Shown here: positions 10,235 through 21,044 of the stretch, in pieces
Layout: each line of letters opens with the position of its first letter
Numbering within the stretch: the stretch's first letter is position 1
Assembly: GCA_963708295.1 (NCBI GenBank)
Contig: CAVPSJ010000008.1
Location: 311,432-375,431, forward strand
Origin: an uncultured delta proteobacterium
GTDB taxonomy: Bacteria; Desulfobacterota; BSN033; UBA1163
Direction: 5' to 3'
Length of the DNA stretch: 64,000 nucleotides
Notes under the pieces: model-generated
The model's input: the letters and a program-made list of their open reading frames with translations, nothing else
Told to the model about the DNA's origin: nothing
Database searches by the model: none
Position numbers and translations under genes: made by a program

Positions 10235-11773
10235 ATGGAAACAATCATTGATCTTCTTGAAAGGAGTTTTTCTCTCCATAAGGCGAGGGTGGGGATAAGA
10301 ATTTACGATGACATGTGGACTTACGATGATCTGCAGAATCTGTCGAGTAAGGTATCAGGTTTTCTATTAAAAGCAGGGATCAAAAAGGGGGAAAGAGTCG
10401 TTGTCCTGATGAACAAGTCTATCTATTTGTACGCCGCGATTGTTGGAATTATGCGGGGCGGGGGAGTCTATGTGCCATTGGATGGAAGGACTCCATCTGC
10501 GAGAATAGCCAGGATATTAGAAGACGTTGAGCCGTTCTATGTTTTTATTGATCATCATTCTTTTAAAAACTATCAGGGAGCCCAACGCCTTGTGAAGAAT
10601 CAGTTTAAAGTGCTTTATTTAGATGATTGTGAAAACGAGCTTTATGAAAGAACAAGTTTTAGAGAGAAGTTGATAAAAGATAAGGAGAAATGTCCATCGG
10701 TCTCCTCAGAAGATTTAGCGTTAATATTACATACCTCCGGGTCGACGGGGGTGCCCAAGGGCGTCATGATATCACAGGGGAACTTATATAATATAGTAAA
10801 TTACACTATAAAAGCCTTTGAATATGGACCCGAAGAAGTAGGAAGCGCATTGAACGCAAGTTCTTTTGATATGTCAATGACGGACATGTTTTCAGTCTTA
10901 TGCTCAGGTGGAACGTTAGGTGTATATCCTGAAGAGTTGATATTTCCGAAGGATATATTGGACCTTACTTATAAGTACGGAATTACCAAAATGTGTTTGG
11001 TACCCTCCTCCCTGAGCTCGTTAGTTAATAGTAACCTAATTCAACCGGATTTACTGAATAGGCTTAAGGATGTCTTTTTAATTGGTGAGTTGATACCCGC
11101 CAATACGTTATTTACAATCATGGACATGTTACCTGGAACAAGGTTCCATAATTGGTATGGGCCGGCAGAAACAACCAATTATAATTCAAACCATACTTTT
11201 AGCAAGCGGTTAAACCGGCGGGCGAAAAATTTCCCCATTGGGTTTCCAATCGCAAGCAGTAAGTTCATTTTGGACAGAAAGGGTTTTGAAAATGAAAGGG
11301 GAAAAGGAGAGCTTCTCATTCTAGGGCCGCAGGTGGGATTGGGTTATTGGAATGATCCGGAAAAGACGAAAATTGTCTTCGGAGTCAATGAAAATGGAGA
11401 ACGATATTACAGAACAGGAGATATTGCTTCCTTTGACCCGAGAGTTGGGTACTTTATCCATGGTCGAAGGGATCATCAAATAAAGTTCAAGGGATATAGA
11501 ATTGAATTGAGTGAAATTGAACACATTGTGTCTCTGTTGCCTGTTGTTAAAGAGAACGTTGTTGCTCCCATTTATGAAAATGGCAGGGTCGAGGAACTGA
11601 GGCTCATTTACTCCGGTGAAGGGGATTGCGGAAAGGAGATTAAGAAGCACCTCATTAAACATCTGCCGAATTACATGATTCCAAAAACGATGATATCCGT
11701 TGAGGGCCTCCCCAAAAATCAGAATAATAAAATAGATAGGGTGTTAATCAAAAAACTGTATGGGGGGAAATAG
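10235..11773 (+). CDS. Stand-alone amino-acid adenylation enzyme (DltA/NRPS A-domain-like)
   Basis: GGVYVPLD, HTSGSTGVPKG, SFDMS, NWYGPAE, YRTGD, GRRDHQIKFKGYRIELSEIE, LPNYMIP, NKIDR. Confidence 0.9.
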   Translation: METIIDLLERSFSLHKARVGIRIYDDMWTYDDLQNLSSKVSGFLLKAGIKKGERVVVLMNKSIYLYAAIVGIMRGGGVYVPLDGRTPSARIARILEDVEPFYVFIDHHSFKNYQGAQRLVKNQFKVLYLDDCENELYERTSFREKLIKDKEKCPSVSSEDLALILHTSGSTGVPKGVMISQGNLYNIVNYTIKAFEYGPEEVGSALNASSFDMSMTDMFSVLCSGGTLGVYPEELIFPKDILDLTYKYGITKMCLVPSSLSSLVNSNLIQPDLLNRLKDVFLIGELIPANTLFTIMDMLPGTRFHNWYGPAETTNYNSNHTFSKRLNRRAKNFPIGFPIASSKFILDRKGFENERGKGELLILGPQVGLGYWNDPEKTKIVFGVNENGERYYRTGDIASFDPRVGYFIHGRRDHQIKFKGYRIELSEIEHIVSLLPVVKENVVAPIYENGRVEELRLIYSGEGDCGKEIKKHLIKHLPNYMIPKTMISVEGLPKNQNNKIDRVLIKKLYGGK

Positions 11774-11970
11774 TCTCTTTGTGCAGAAATGCATTTCTGT
11801 GAGGAAACAGCAACAGAGATTCTTCCAAGTTAACTGAAATCCCATTGTGATAGGGTGGTTCGTTTGATGCCGACCTCAAGAAAAATGGCAATGTCACCCA
11901 TTTCAAAAAATCGTCAAGTAGATTACTTTGAAAGAATTCAATCTGGTATCACATAGGCTGAGGTATCTAT

Positions 11971-12603
11971 ATGCGGATCATTATTAGGTTACTGAGATAT
12001 GTCTCAATAAAGCTGAAAGAAATAAATGAAGAGTATAAATACAACCCTTCTACAATTGCCGAAAAGTTTCGAAAACAAGGAGCTAAAATTGGAGAGAATT
12101 GTTCAATTCAGATTAACCGCTTAGGATCTGAGCCCTATCTTGTAGAAATTGGAAATAGCGTAGCGATAGCTATCGGCGTTAGATTTCTTACACATGATGG
12201 TGCAAGCTTCATCTTTAGGGATGAATTTCCTGCCCTTCGATATTTTGGGAAGATAGTCATTGAGGACAATTGTTTCATCGGGGCGCGTTCGATTATCTTA
12301 CCGGGCGTAAGGATTGGTAAGGGTTCTATAGTTGGGATGTCGTCAGTCGTTATCCGAGATGTTAAGCCGGGAAGTATCGTTTTTGGCAATCCTGCTATCC
12401 AGGTTTCCACAGTAGAGAAATACAGAGAACGATGTTTACAAGAATGGAAAAACCAAGGTTTAGATAAATTTAACCACCTTTTCGAAGGGAAAAATAAGTC
12501 CGAAGTGCAGGAGGTTATGGAATCGAAAGAATTCAGAGAGAAGTTAAAGGAACATTTGTTGTCAGTTGAACTTAAGAATGACGAGAGAAAGAAATATGCA
12601 TGA
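11971..12603 (+). CDS. Left-handed beta-helix (hexapeptide) O-acyltransferase
   Basis: GAKIGENC, FLTHDG, IVIEDNCFIGARSIILPGVRIGKGSIVG, GNPA. Confidence 0.9.
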   Translation: MRIIIRLLRYVSIKLKEINEEYKYNPSTIAEKFRKQGAKIGENCSIQINRLGSEPYLVEIGNSVAIAIGVRFLTHDGASFIFRDEFPALRYFGKIVIEDNCFIGARSIILPGVRIGKGSIVGMSSVVIRDVKPGSIVFGNPAIQVSTVEKYRERCLQEWKNQGLDKFNHLFEGKNKSEVQEVMESKEFREKLKEHLLSVELKNDERKKYA

Positions 12604-12648
12604 TCCCTGTGAGATAAATTTACGAACCTTTGATTCCGTTGAAAACTA

Positions 12649-13836
12649 TTGAATATGCAGTTCCGCGAAAAGATAAACATATTAATAATCACTGATGTCT
12701 TCAAGAAAATAGCCGGATCAGAACGGAATATTATGCAGCTTTTACACGGAATGGATCAAACAAGATTTCATGTTTATGTTGCATGCTTTTATTCTGGCGA
12801 AGTTGCTCAAGCTATGAGGGCGGAAGGATTCCAAGTCTATGGTCTAAGACGGGGCGGGATATATTCTATTAAAGGAATGAAAAATATCATCTTCCTGTAT
12901 AAATTGATTCGGGGGGAAAAAATAGATCTTATTTTAACCTATCACGAAGGATCCGATTTCCTAGGTTTGGTCCTCTCAACTCTGTGTGCCGTTCCCATCA
13001 TCTCCAACAGGAGAGATATGGGATTTAAGACGAGACTTCCTCATCGAGTGGCCTATAGATTCCTCGGTAGATATTTTGATGGCGTCATCACCGTGTCAAA
13101 TGCGGTTAAGAACGAGCTCATCAATAAAGGCTGGTTCAAGGCAGGAAAGGTGTGGTCAATTCATAATGGAATCAATGTTGAAGGATATGCCGATGATGTG
13201 GACAGGGAATCGATAAAACAGTCCATTGGCATCGCACCTGGCAAGAATGTCGTCGGCGTAATCGGTAATATAAAGAGGATTAAGGGAATAAGATATTTTC
13301 TTCATGCGGCGTCATTAATCTGCGCAAAAAAACCTGATGTAGAATTTGTCCTGATTGGGTATGACTTAAAGGAAGCAGGAAATTCGCTGGCGGATATGAA
13401 GTTGCTTGCGAAACAGATGAAAATTTCCGATAAAATTCATTTTCTTGGAGAAAGGAACGACATCGCAGATCTCATATCCGTTTTTGATGTTGGTGTTATT
13501 TCGTCATTAAGCGAAGGATTCTCAAATGTGCTCTTGGAATACATGGCTTCTGCAAAGCCGGTGGTGGCAACGGATGTTGGTGGAAATAGAGAAGCGGTCG
13601 TCCATGGAGAAACGGGTCTGTTAGTGCCCTCTGAAAACGCTCAAAAATTGGCAGATGGGATAGAAGTGCTCTTAGAAAATAGAGAGATTGCCTTGAGGTA
13701 TGGATTGGCTGGGCGGGGGCGAGTGGAGAAAGATTTCAGCCTCAAGGGGATGATCGGAAAATATGAAAGGATTTGTGAGCACATGACAATTAAGAACGGA
13801 CCCCACTCCCGGTCTCGCGTCGGTTTAGAAGATTGA
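12649..13836 (+). CDS. GT4 glycosyltransferase
   Basis: AGSERN, RRDMGF, IHNGI, SLSEGFSNVLLEYMA, ATDVGGNREAV. Confidence 0.92.
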   Translation: MNMQFREKINILIITDVFKKIAGSERNIMQLLHGMDQTRFHVYVACFYSGEVAQAMRAEGFQVYGLRRGGIYSIKGMKNIIFLYKLIRGEKIDLILTYHEGSDFLGLVLSTLCAVPIISNRRDMGFKTRLPHRVAYRFLGRYFDGVITVSNAVKNELINKGWFKAGKVWSIHNGINVEGYADDVDRESIKQSIGIAPGKNVVGVIGNIKRIKGIRYFLHAASLICAKKPDVEFVLIGYDLKEAGNSLADMKLLAKQMKISDKIHFLGERNDIADLISVFDVGVISSLSEGFSNVLLEYMASAKPVVATDVGGNREAVVHGETGLLVPSENAQKLADGIEVLLENREIALRYGLAGRGRVEKDFSLKGMIGKYERICEHMTIKNGPHSRSRVGLED

Positions 13837-14900
13837 TCGAACCTTTGGAGATGGCTTGGCCTGCTATGGCAAAAAGAATTAAATATCTTATTCGAATGCT
13901 TTTTGGGGGATTATTTTTTTATTCCGGAACATTTCACATGATTCGCCTTTTCTACAGCCTTTGGGGCAGGCGCATTACGATCGTCACATACCATCGCATC
14001 ACGGATCGAAAGATGAATGAGATAGAGGCTTCCTTGCCGTTTCTATTTACCTCCCAACAGGTGTTTGAAAAACAGCTACTATTTTTTAAAGAATGTTACA
14101 AGGTTATTCCTCTCAAAGAGCTAGTGGAACGTGGAAGAAATGGCAAAGCTCCTTGGAATTCATTGATCATTACATTTGACGATGGATATGAGGATAACTT
14201 CCGGAATGCTTATAAGAGCTTAAGTAAAATGCACTTACCGGCAACCTTCTTCATAACGGCAGATAGAATTGGCAAGGACAATGTCAAACCCTATTGGTGG
14301 GACAGATTGTACTACTACTTAAGAGAGATTCAAAAGCGGGAGGATAGGGAATTCGGTGACGGAGTGAAAGGAGAATTATCTCCTATTTATGAAGAGTTTA
14401 AGAATAATGCATCCCATTTGTTTGCGAGGATGAATAGGCAGGGAACGGATGAAATTGAGAGGCTACTGGATAGAATTCAGGAGAACTATCAAATAGACAA
14501 CGAAAAAGTATACCGGGAAAATAGAATGTTGAATTGGCAGCAGATTTCTGAAATGAGTCAAAATCATGATTTTGGCTCGCATACCTGCAGCCATCGAAAC
14601 CTGCTTCGATTGAGCGATGATCAGAAGTACCACGAGATAGTTGAATCTAAAATGATCATTGAAAAGTTCCTGGGGAGGGAAGTGAGTGCTTTTTCTTGCC
14701 CGGCAGGTCACATGGATGAGGGAATTGAAAGGTTTGTAAAAAAAGGTGGATATGAATTTGCCATGACGACAAAACCGGGGATCAATAGGATGAATCATAG
14801 ATATCGTTTGAAAAGAATCAACATTTGGGAAGGCACCAGTTTATCCTTAAATGGGACCTTTTCGAAGGGTTATTTGTCTTTGATAATGCTAGGTTTTTAG
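13833..14900 (+). CDS. Polysaccharide deacetylase (CE4/NodB)
   Basis: TYHRI, ITFDDGYEDN, GSHTCSH. Confidence 0.9.
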   Translation: MIEPLEMAWPAMAKRIKYLIRMLFGGLFFYSGTFHMIRLFYSLWGRRITIVTYHRITDRKMNEIEASLPFLFTSQQVFEKQLLFFKECYKVIPLKELVERGRNGKAPWNSLIITFDDGYEDNFRNAYKSLSKMHLPATFFITADRIGKDNVKPYWWDRLYYYLREIQKREDREFGDGVKGELSPIYEEFKNNASHLFARMNRQGTDEIERLLDRIQENYQIDNEKVYRENRMLNWQQISEMSQNHDFGSHTCSHRNLLRLSDDQKYHEIVESKMIIEKFLGREVSAFSCPAGHMDEGIERFVKKGGYEFAMTTKPGINRMNHRYRLKRINIWEGTSLSLNGTFSKGYLSLIMLGF

Positions 14901-15302
14901 ACCTTGGAGATGAATCACGGAATAAGGGATGATGAGTTTAGAGAACATGACGGAGGGTGCCTTCATTCAAATTCGAGCCCGTTCCTACGTAAGGTAATAG
15001 CGCGCGACGGGCAAACGCAGAAAGAAATGATCATAGTAATCCTGTGGGTCGCGCTTCTATTGGGCATTGAGCAAGTGGCAGGAAAGATAAACGCTCCGTG
15101 CAAATAGCCAAAGAACAAGAGATAATCCGAACCCTTCCAGAATACCAGGCCCGGTTTGCCTGTGTCTCGAACGACCACCCTTTCCACCCAGCCTAGCTGC
15201 AACAGGTCATCGTGGCGTTTTCCATCCTATTCGGATGGATATGAAACCAAGAGATGTCAGTTGCGACGCCCGGAAAATGATGAAGGGAATAGGAGGAGAA
15301 AG

Positions 15303-16364
15303 ATGAGTGAGCTGACAACGAATGCCCCCCAATCAAAGAAGAGCCAGAAGATTACCCCTGATCCGAGAAGAAGCTCGAATCAAAAGATGGCAATCATGGA
15401 TGTAACGTTCAGAGAGAGTGTCCTTTGCCGGAAGCAAATTGACTTGGAGGCTGTGCTTAGCACGATAAGGAAGCTCTCGGAGACGGGCATCACGTACATT
15501 GAAATTGGATACCTTAAGTTCGGCTCAGGATCCAATTCTCTTTTGAACTATTCGCCGGATTACATCAAGAAGTGCTACGAAATCTGTAAGGGGAAGGTAA
15601 AGATAGGAGCGATGATTCACCCGGACGATTTCTCTCCTGAAAGATACACTGAGGATGTAGTTAGGCAGCTATCATTAATTAGGGTCACAAGCACCCCCGG
15701 GAACATGCACAAGATCAAGGATATTTGCAGTTATTTTAAACCCCTCGGGGTAAGAGTCAGTATGAACTTGCTCCGGGCATCAAAGTTTTCCGACGAGCAA
15801 TCGCTCGATTATTGTGCAAGGGCGCAGGAATTTGGCGCTGATTTCTTTTACATCGCTGACTCGAATGGTCATTTTTTGCCCCATCAAGTGAGGAGTCGCA
15901 TCGTCGCGCTAAAAGAGCATTTTCCGGAAATGACAATAGGATTTCACCCGCATGATAACTTAGGATTGGCGGCAGTGAATGCGATAGAAGCAGTGCAAGG
16001 TGGAGCGGATATTGTTGACAGTTCCCTCCTGGGGTATGGGAAAGGGGCTGGAAATCTTCGAACAGAGCTATTCCCCTTGGTCTTAGGGAGACTGACGGGA
16101 GAGTACAAGATAGAAGAAATTTATACGCTATTCAAAGTCGCACGACACTTTTACCATAATGTCGTATCGCCTAATACCTTTGAGGAGGAGTACAAATTTT
16201 CATTGTATGGCCTTTTCGATATCGATCTCGATGTAGACAAGAAGATATGTGAAGTGAGCGATGTGAAAGGGCTCGAAGACCATGAACTTGCCTTTGACTT
16301 GATCAGGCAATCGAATGGAAACATCGGCAACCTGGACAGCCTGCTTAAGAAATTAACATCGTAG
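15303..16364 (+). CDS. DRE-TIM metallolyase, 4-hydroxy-2-oxovalerate aldolase-like
   Basis: RBS AGGAGG; DVTFRES (variant of DxTLRDG), IEIGY, YIADSNG, GFHPHDNLGLA, GYGKGAGNLRTE. Confidence 0.78.
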   Translation: MSELTTNAPQSKKSQKITPDPRRSSNQKMAIMDVTFRESVLCRKQIDLEAVLSTIRKLSETGITYIEIGYLKFGSGSNSLLNYSPDYIKKCYEICKGKVKIGAMIHPDDFSPERYTEDVVRQLSLIRVTSTPGNMHKIKDICSYFKPLGVRVSMNLLRASKFSDEQSLDYCARAQEFGADFFYIADSNGHFLPHQVRSRIVALKEHFPEMTIGFHPHDNLGLAAVNAIEAVQGGADIVDSSLLGYGKGAGNLRTELFPLVLGRLTGEYKIEEIYTLFKVARHFYHNVVSPNTFEEEYKFSLYGLFDIDLDVDKKICEVSDVKGLEDHELAFDLIRQSNGNIGNLDSLLKKLTS

Positions 16365-16440
16365 ACCGCCAGGATCATTACCCAGCAATCGAGCGACGTC
16401 ATGTCGTAATCTTGGGGGGCCTAAGAACTTAAAGGGAGGT

Positions 16441-17160
16441 ATGAAGATGGAGAAACGACCAAGTTTTGCAAAGATGCATCCTGGCCCTGGGTTTAGGATC
16501 AAGGAGAGCTTTGAGAGGATAGACCCCGAACGGATAGCGAAACTTCTTGACTATTCAACACCCGATATTTCCGATCAATTAAATCGACTCTATGCTGTTA
16601 ATCCAGAAATTAGATGTTTAAGCGGGAAACACCATAAGCTGTGCGGTCAGAGTTGTACGGTTAAAGTGTTCCCGGCGGATAACCTGATGGTTCATAAGGC
16701 TTTAGACATCGCTAAACCGGGAGATGTAATCGTGGTTGATGCTGGAGCGTCACCCATGAACGCTGTGATCGGGGATGTCATCTGTATGAAAGCTAAGCAC
16801 AGAGGGATTGCTGGATTTGTTATAGACGGGTTTATCAGGGACTTACCCGCAGTCTCGGACCTTGATTTTCCTGTTTTCGCAAGGGGCACCACTGCGATTG
16901 GGCCGCTCCATAATGGACCCGGCGAAGTGAACTATCCCGTATGCTGCGGGGGTGTCGTTGTCAACCCCGGGGATATTGTTGTTGCCGATGGAGGTGGCGT
17001 TATCATTATCCCGAGTGACATTCTCCTGGCATTGTCGGAGAGGTTAGAGACGGATAAGAAAAGAAAACGGGATTACTTGGATTCGGTGCAAAGAGGAGAG
17101 TTTTCGAATGAATGGGTAGAAGATATTTTACGAAACGGAAAGTGTGAAATTGTGAAATAA
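16441..17160 (+). CDS. RraA / HMG-aldolase family protein
   Basis: TPDISD, TVKVFPADNLMVHKALD, GDVIVVDAG, IRD, VNPGDIVVAD. Confidence 0.88.
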   Translation: MKMEKRPSFAKMHPGPGFRIKESFERIDPERIAKLLDYSTPDISDQLNRLYAVNPEIRCLSGKHHKLCGQSCTVKVFPADNLMVHKALDIAKPGDVIVVDAGASPMNAVIGDVICMKAKHRGIAGFVIDGFIRDLPAVSDLDFPVFARGTTAIGPLHNGPGEVNYPVCCGGVVVNPGDIVVADGGGVIIIPSDILLALSERLETDKKRKRDYLDSVQRGEFSNEWVEDILRNGKCEIVK

Positions 17161-18427
17161 ATGGCTGCGGGCGATTTCAAAAACAAAAATATTAATTTAC
17201 CTCCTGTCATCATATTGGGGGGTAGTACAAATGCGATATCTATAGCGAGGAGTCTAGGAAGACAGGGGATAAAGGTCTATGCATTGAATTCTCACGAATC
17301 ATACATACGATTATCAAGATTCAGCGAGTGGATAAAGACGGATTCGGATAATGGAACTGACGAAGCGTGGGCACGGTTTCTTCTGAGTTCAGAATCCGAT
17401 CATCTTAAAGACGCAGTCTTACTCACGGGTTCTGATTTGGGAATTGAGTTTATAGCAAAAAACAGGGAGAAATTATTGAAGAAGTTTATTCTTGATATAT
17501 CGAAAAAAGAGGTTCAACTATGTTTACTCAATAAACTGTGTACGTATGAAAAAGCTTTGGAGGCCGGGGTACCCATCCCGAAATTCTGGAGAGTGGAAAA
17601 GCTGGAACAGATCTTAATGCATGAAAAGGAATATATGTATCCATTGATCTTAAAGCCCATTTACTCACATAAATTTGTAGAGGTGTTTAACAGCAAGTTC
17701 TTTGTGGTTAATAGTTTTGACGAGCTTTTGAATGCCTATTCGAAAATCGATCGATTCGGTATTGAAGTCATGCTTGTGGAAAAAATCCTCGGGCCTGATG
17801 ATAGATATTGCAGTTATTATACGTATTTAGACGAAAACGGCGAAGCGCTTTTCGATTTTACGAAGAGGATTATCCGGAGATACCCCTGTAATCAAGGCGG
17901 TGCCTGTTATCACATCACCGACTGGAATCCCGAGGTACGAGATTTGGGTTTAAAATATTTCACTCACGTGGGGCTGATCGGGCTTGCAAATATTGAGTTC
18001 AAAAGAGATGATAGGGATGGAAAATTGAAACTCATTGAATGCAATGCAAGATTCACGGCAGCAAACTGCCTTGTCGCAGAAAGCGGATTTGACCTTGCCC
18101 TGTTTGTCTATAATCGCCTCGTCGGACGGATTCAGCCAACGTTAAAAGGGAAGACGTTATAAGGAAGGGTTAAGACTTTGGTATCCTGTAGAGGATTTCT
18201 TGTCATTCAAAGAACTCAGAGGAAGAGGCGAGCTTAGTTTCATGGGATGGATAAAGAGCATCATGCATCCTCAGGTATTGCCGTATTTCCGGTGGTATGA
18301 CCCCATACCCACGATTGTTTTTGGATCGAAAAGAATATTCCGGTTCATTAAGAAAGGAATACCTCGTTTCCAATTTATTCAGAAAAATCATCGGAGAAAT
18401 AGATTTGAAGGTGAGGCAAGGAAGTAA
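17161..18427 (+). CDS. ATP-grasp carboxylate-amine ligase (D-aspartate-ligase-like), one apparent insertion at ~18157
   Basis: IARSLGRQGI, YPLILKP, EKILG, IEFKRDDRDGKLKLIECNARF; removing one T in ACGTTAT continues to ...DPIP and a stop at 18427. Confidence 0.83.
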
Positions 18428-18633
18428 AAGGGTCAAGTCTTGTTTTATCTTCATGAACTGTTCCGGTGGCGATCTCATGGCAAAGCGGAAGATCAAGCGT
18501 GTGCTTTTCCGAGGGGCTGCGGGAGCGCCCCGGGATCGAAGCTAAATGCCCGGCAGCCGTAGCCCGGGCCGAGTTTTCAGAGGCCTAGATGGAAACACTG
18601 ATGACCGAGGGCGACCATGGGAGGAGGGCTTAG

Positions 18634-19751
18634 ATGAGATTTTTGTTTCGCTCACGACCGGTGCTGACTGGGCTTCGCGTCCTGTCGTACGGCCAGAGGC
18701 TGAGGCGGGTACTGTTGCGACGAGGCGACGGATTCGACGCCGAGAGCAGCCGCGGCTTCCACCGTGAAGTTTGGCGGACTGCTGCGGCCCGGCTTGGTGG
18801 CGGAGATTCGTGAGCTGCCCGGGGACTTCTTGGAGGTGCGTTACGGGCAGCGGTTCACCCGTATTAAGAAGTGGTGGGTCATGCTCGACGACCCGGTGAC
18901 ACTGAGCTTGGCTGGGAACAAGGCTGCCGTTCATGCGCTGTTGATGGAGGAAGGACTACCAGTGCCAGCCCACCTAACCTATACGCTCGACCAGATCGGG
19001 AGGGCGTGGGACTTTCTGCGCGGCCAGGGCACGCCTTGCGTGGTAAAGCCTGCGTCCGACACGGGCGGGGGACACGGCGTCACGACCGGAGTTGAGACAC
19101 GCTGGCAGTTAGCCCAGGCCTCAGCCGTCGCTGCGACCTTGGGGCATGAGCTGTTGATAGAGCGCCAGATCGAGGGGGACAACTACCGTCTGTTGTATCT
19201 GGACGGCGTGCTGATCGACGCCTTACGCCGGGGCGGACCCACTGTGATCGGCGATGGCCGTTCCAGCATCGGCGAACTGATCCGCCGCGAGAACCTGGAG
19301 CGGGCCCGGGGCAGGCGCGCTGTGCTCGGTCCGATCACGATTGACCTTGACTGCCGGTCCACTCTGCGACGGGCTGGCCTCTCGTTGCGGTCCGTTCCTG
19401 CTGCTGACCAGACGGTGAGAGTGAAGATGGCGATCAATGAGGGCTCCGAGCGCGATAATCAAACAGTCCTCGGGCAGATCGGCGCATCACTGGCCCAGCA
19501 GGGAGCACGAGCTGCTGCAATCGTTGGAGCGCAGGCTGGCTGGCGTGGACGTGATAACGAAAGACCCAACTTTGCCTCTCGAGGCCTCGGGGGCGATCAT
19601 CGAGGTCAATACAACGCCCGGGATAAGATTCCACTACATGGTCTGGAATCAAGAACAGCGGGTGGAGGTGGCGGTCCCGATCATGCGCTACCTGCTGGGC
19701 TTGGGCACGTTCGAAGAGCCTCAGGGGGACTTGAATATGGAGGTACGGTGA
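18634..19751 (+). CDS. Cyanophycin-synthetase/GshF-like ATP-grasp ligase, two apparent insertions (~18798, ~19535)
   Basis: RBS GGAGGAGG and ATG at 18634; GNK..H.LL..GLPVP, VVKP..GGGHGVT, IERQIEGDNYRLL, VIGDG, AGVDVIT, IIEVNTTPG across three frames. Confidence 0.78.
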
Positions 19752-20825
19752 GCACGGAGCTAGACGAGACGACGCCCCTTCGTTACTCCGGATGCGCATA
19801 CCCGCTTCGTCTTAGACGTGATGCGAGCAACGGGTGCGAGCAGTGAAGACAGCGAGGTGGTGGCGGAAGGCCTTTTGTGGGCGGATCTGCGGGGGCGCCA
19901 CACCCAGGGCTTGACTCGGCTGCCAAACTTTGTCGAGCGTCTCTCGAAGGGATTGATTCGCTCACCCGCAGCCATGGTCTGGCAGGAGGTCGGGCCAGCC
20001 GCCGCTCTGCTCGACGCCGGACACGGACTCGGCCACGTGGCCAGTCGGCTGGCCATTCTGAGGGCTGTCGAGCTGGCGCGTGCCCAGGGTGTGGGGCTGG
20101 TCGCGGTTCGCCACAGCAACCACTTCGGGGCGGCGGGCTACTACTGCGCGATGGCAGCTGCGGCGGGCTGCCTGAGCTTCAACTACACGAATGCATTCCC
20201 AAAGGTAGCACCCCACGGCGGCAGAAAGCCAGTGCTGGGCACTAATCCAATCGCCTTCGGCTGCCCGACACGCGGCGCCGGCCCGCTACTTGTAGACCTG
20301 TCCACCGGCGCACTCTCCGGAGGGGAAGCGCGCTCGACGGGCGACAAAGGAGGACGACTGCCTCCAGGCGTAGCTCTCGATGCGGAGGGACGTCCTACCC
20401 AGGATCCGGCTGCGCTCAAGATGGGTTGCCTGCTACCGGTTGGCGGTGCGCGCGGTTTCGCGCTTGGTCTGATGGTCGAAGTCTTGAGCGGTATACTGAC
20501 CGGATCAGCAGTTGGCAAGGAGGTCGGATCGCTGTTCTCCACGTGGGATCGACCTGTTGACGTTGGCCACCTCTTCATCGCGGTTGACATCGAGCGCTTC
20601 CTCCCGCTATCGGAATTCCTGGATCGACTCGACAGACTCCTGGCCTGGATCGCCGCCACACCGCCGATGGAAGGGTTTGAGGCGGTTCGCATCCCCGGCG
20701 AGATCAGAGCGCAGCTTGCCGAGAAGTATGCCCGGGAAGGCATCCCTGTTGCACAGGAATCAGTGGCGCCGCTCATGCAGCTTGCGCAGCGTTTTAATCT
20801 CCCTTTGCCCTGGAACCATGAATGA
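19748..20825 (+). CDS. Ldh_2 family (ComC/AllD/DpkA-type) NAD(P)H oxidoreductase; start uncertain (19748 with a shift, or 19818)
   Basis: ADLRGRHTQG, DAGHGLG, HSNHFGAAGYY, GTNPIAFG, GFALGLMVEVL, RIPGE. Confidence 0.88.
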
Positions 20826-21044
20826 GGGACATAGGGATCAGGACAGAAGCGTTAAATCTCGAGGGCCTGGTGGCCGTTCTGTTTCCGTGTGTTTTTGCAT
20901 GCTGCTCTATCGGAGAAGGTAGCGGATGAACTTCCCTCGCTCGTCCACGAGTATGGCCGGTGGCGAAATGATAGATCCTCCCAGGAGCATCGGCCGGTTT
21001 TGGGACCTCAAAAATGGGTTAGGATCAGTACGGAGAGAGGCCTG

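Noticed and set aside
11784-11799. Perfect palindrome CAGAAATGCATTTCTG
   Set aside because: Single occurrence, no loop or U-tract, no supporting context
15005-15040. GGCAAAC resembling a c-di-GMP-I riboswitch start
   Set aside because: No matching P2 stem or downstream GCAAAG-type element
18634-19751. True cyanophycin synthetase
   Set aside because: Only ~370 aa; no Mur-ligase domain and no cyanophycinase nearby
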